Part shown: positions 62,085-64,000 of the stretch, piece by piece | Numbering within the stretch: the stretch's first letter is position 1 | How the letters are laid out: each line of letters opens with the position of its first letter | NCBI GenBank assembly: GCA_036138175.1 | Contig: JAZAAK010000010.1 | Span: forward strand, 1,229-65,228 | Origin: Thermoplasmatota archaeon | GTDB taxonomy: Archaea; Thermoplasmatota; Poseidoniia; Poseidoniales; Thalassarchaeaceae | Length of the DNA stretch: 64,000 nt | Direction: 5' to 3' | Program-made: the position numbers and the translations under genes | The notes under the pieces: generated by a model | What the model was told of the DNA's origin: nothing | Database searches by the model: none | The model's input: only the letters and a program-made list of their open reading frames with translations

Positions 62085-64000
62085 TTATTCTGGGTCCTCT
62101 TGGTCCCACCAATTGGAAGATTTAGTCTCTTTATCTTCGGGGTTTTCAATAGCCAATTTTTCTTCCAATTCTCCCATTTGTGCGGCTAATTCAAATTCCA
62201 ACATTTTCTCTTCAATCGCTTCTTTTTCACTTTTCGAAGCAGCCTTCCGGGCCTTTCTTCGTTCTCGCCATCGACTGATAGCTAGACCTAAGAATACAAG
62301 AATCACCAAAATGTATTGAGCAACCTCACCAAGAATGAAGATATAACTCACTTCAATACTCCAAGATATAGTATCATGTTGACGATAACATTGTGGCCAA
62401 TTTTCCGCCTTGGGGCAAACAGGAGTTCGATAGCTCAGAACCTGTTTACCATCAATTACCTCAACATAACCCAGCCCTTTTTCACTTTCAAATTCGAGTA
62501 ATCGAATTGAATCAGGCATTGTAATTTCTAATCTAGCGGAACTTTTGATTAAGCCCCAAAGAGTATTTTCCATTATCGGTGGGACAACCGAATAGAATAT
62601 TGCACTCTCAGAGCTAACTCCGAAATGGGAGAATTGAATCCCTAGGTCTGCAAAAGTAGATGCCAGTGGATTCGCCTCAACTGTAGCCGGAGCGAAACTA
62701 ATCTTTACTTCATCTTCGACTCCATGGATTAGAGCGACGCTTAACGATGAAGTCGAAACCCTGACACCTATTTCGATCGGGTTAGTATCACTAATTTGCA
62801 TGTTCATAGGTATTTCCATTGATGGTATGTCTAATGAGATTGGAAGCGGTTCAATATCCAATTTTGAATTGAGAGTTTCTGAACCTAAAATAAGGTCCTG
62901 AGAGCCTATTTTTTCTATCTCCTCGAATGCTATTTCGACCTCATCGATAAGTGCATTAGACAAGCCGATTAAGCCATAATTCGAAACCTCAAGATTGTAA
63001 TCTCCACTAGCTAAGGGAATTGTTGCCTGAAGATCTGAACCTTGCAATAAGCCCCCAGATTTTCTATCTCCAATTGCAATTATTCTACGAATTATGTCGG
63101 CAGGAATTGGACTAATCTCCATGTTTTCCTCTTCTAGGTTGACACCGAGACGGTATATTTCAAGGGTGACTTCGGCAGTAAATTCAAACTCCACAGCAGA
63201 TTTTGTCTCCCTTATTGCCACCCTCTTTATTTCTAAATCTACATCCATCGACACACAGGTATCTTGGGTCGAACCACAAATCAAATCGTCACTTTCATCG
63301 GTGCACTCTGTGGGATCACCCACCCCTCCTCGGCCTCTCTCTAGACAAATTGCATGGTGCGAATCATAATGTCTAGAACCTCGTATACCCAGCTTTTCAT
63401 ATGTAGTAGAATTAGAATGAAATTCTAAGATATCTGTATCGGATCCTGCTAGGTCTAACCATTCGGGTAATAGCACATACATGCTAGTATCAGTAGAGGG
63501 GAAATTTTCTGGCAACCCATCATTAAGGAAAGATAGGTCGACCTCTAATTCTAGTTCCAATACACTCATTATTGAAGCCAAATCTTCATCGGTTAATATC
63601 GATAAATCTAGGCTAGAGATGTCACCCTCTGCATGTTGAATAAATTGATTGACAATTTTTGATACCTGCATTTCGGACGGAATAGTACCAGTCTGTAAAA
63701 TCACAGGGTAGGTACTCGCCATTGCTCCAGAATTTCCCAAACAATATCTGTAAGCCAAATTTTCCTGACAAGTGGAACCAGGTGTGTGAATGAAATCTAA
63801 CCCACCTGAATCATGTGCATTAGAAAAAAATGGAGTTTGAAATAAAACATCCACCCCGAGATATTCAGAAAATGTTTCAGAAAGAGACTCTATTGGAAAA
63901 GAGGTCAACATATCATAAACGTCAACATCCAATTCAGAATCAAACATTCTTATTCCATCAGAAGAGACCGAGTCTAATTTAATCGTTGAACTTTCGAGAT
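62085..64000 (-). CDS. hypothetical C-terminally anchored extracytoplasmic protein, 5' partial (frame open to window edge)
   Basis: The track ORF starts at M 63947, but I read the frame as open through nt 64000 with no signal peptide after that M, so the true N-terminus is probably outside the window. TM IFILGEVAQYILVILVFLGLAI, then a K/E coiled-coil-like tail ending SSNWWDQEDPE. Confidence 0.6.
   Translation of the reverse strand, partial: LESSTIKLDSVSSDGIRMFDSELDVDVYDMLTSFPIESLSETFSEYLGVDVLFQTPFFSNAHDSGGLDFIHTPGSTCQENLAYRYCLGNSGAMASTYPVILQTGTIPSEMQVSKIVNQFIQHAEGDISSLDLSILTDEDLASIMSVLELELEVDLSFLNDGLPENFPSTDTSMYVLLPEWLDLAGSDTDILEFHSNSTTYEKLGIRGSRHYDSHHAICLERGRGGVGDPTECTDESDDLICGSTQDTCVSMDVDLEIKRVAIRETKSAVEFEFTAEVTLEIYRLGVNLEEENMEISPIPADIIRRIIAIGDRKSGGLLQGSDLQATIPLASGDYNLEVSNYGLIGLSNALIDEVEIAFEEIEKIGSQDLILGSETLNSKLDIEPLPISLDIPSMEIPMNMQISDTNPIEIGVRVSTSSLSVALIHGVEDEVKISFAPATVEANPLASTFADLGIQFSHFGVSSESAIFYSVVPPIMENTLWGLIKSSARLEITMPDSIRLLEFESEKGLGYVEVIDGKQVLSYRTPVCPKAENWPQCYRQHDTISWSIEVSYIFILGEVAQYILVILVFLGLAISRWRERRKARKAASKSEKEAIEEKMLEFELAAQMGELEEKLAIENPEDKETKSSNWWDQEDPE

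Noticed and set aside
1-64000. CRISPR arrays, rRNA genes, transposases, toxin-antitoxin pairs, reverse transcriptase/DGR, inteins.
   Set aside because: Nearly all sequence is accounted for by long ORFs with recognisable or plausible products. The only tandem repeat is the in-gene 282-nt module. No RT, Cas, integrase or Hint-like motifs were seen in any listed ORF.

Overview
The 64 kb window is about 96 percent coding by my annotation, with about 2.6 kb non-coding. I call 44 protein-coding genes and two tRNAs. I saw no rRNA, CRISPR array, transposase, integrase or obvious prophage or defence island. RadA, Hel308, Rpo6/RpoK, a Cgi121-like protein, NFACT, and tRNA-iMet and tRNA-Gln with A1:U72 all indicate an archaeal chromosome. 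The window also has aerobic heterotroph metabolism (aconitase, two-subunit 2-oxoacid:ferredoxin oxidoreductase, heme O/A synthases, thiolase, several peptidases), very acidic predicted proteins and several giant membrane-anchored surface proteins. Together these fit a marine planktonic euryarchaeote (Marine Group II / Poseidoniales-like), but that taxonomic call is inference only. Most of the window is ordinary core genome. The unusual content is as follows. (1) Five large secreted or anchored proteins occupy about 30 percent of the window. These are a 2147-aa FG-GAP protein, a 1274-aa kexin-like S8 protease with tandem TSP3/Cys-motif modules, a 1551-aa beta-helix/PKD protein, a partial protein of at least 620 aa, and a 794-aa beta-propeller lipoprotein. 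(2) A wHTH-NB-ARC-type STAND ATPase sits directly upstream of, and co-directional with, the beta-helix giant and a small polytopic membrane protein. This is my best candidate for an uncharacterised multi-gene module. (3) A membrane-tethered double-wHTH regulator, a small secreted acidic protein and the beta-propeller lipoprotein form a same-strand trio. (4) A recurring class of GC-rich stem-loops with 3-nt loops and no U-tract sits in the tiny intergenic spacers. (5) There is an unlisted 59-aa tail-anchored ORF, plus lineage-unusual genes (tryptophan 2,3-dioxygenase, thiamine pyrophosphokinase, orphan uvrC, an insertion-bearing Rpo6). All functional calls come from reading motifs in the translated ORFs. 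No database search was possible, and I cannot demonstrate that any of these is truly novel.
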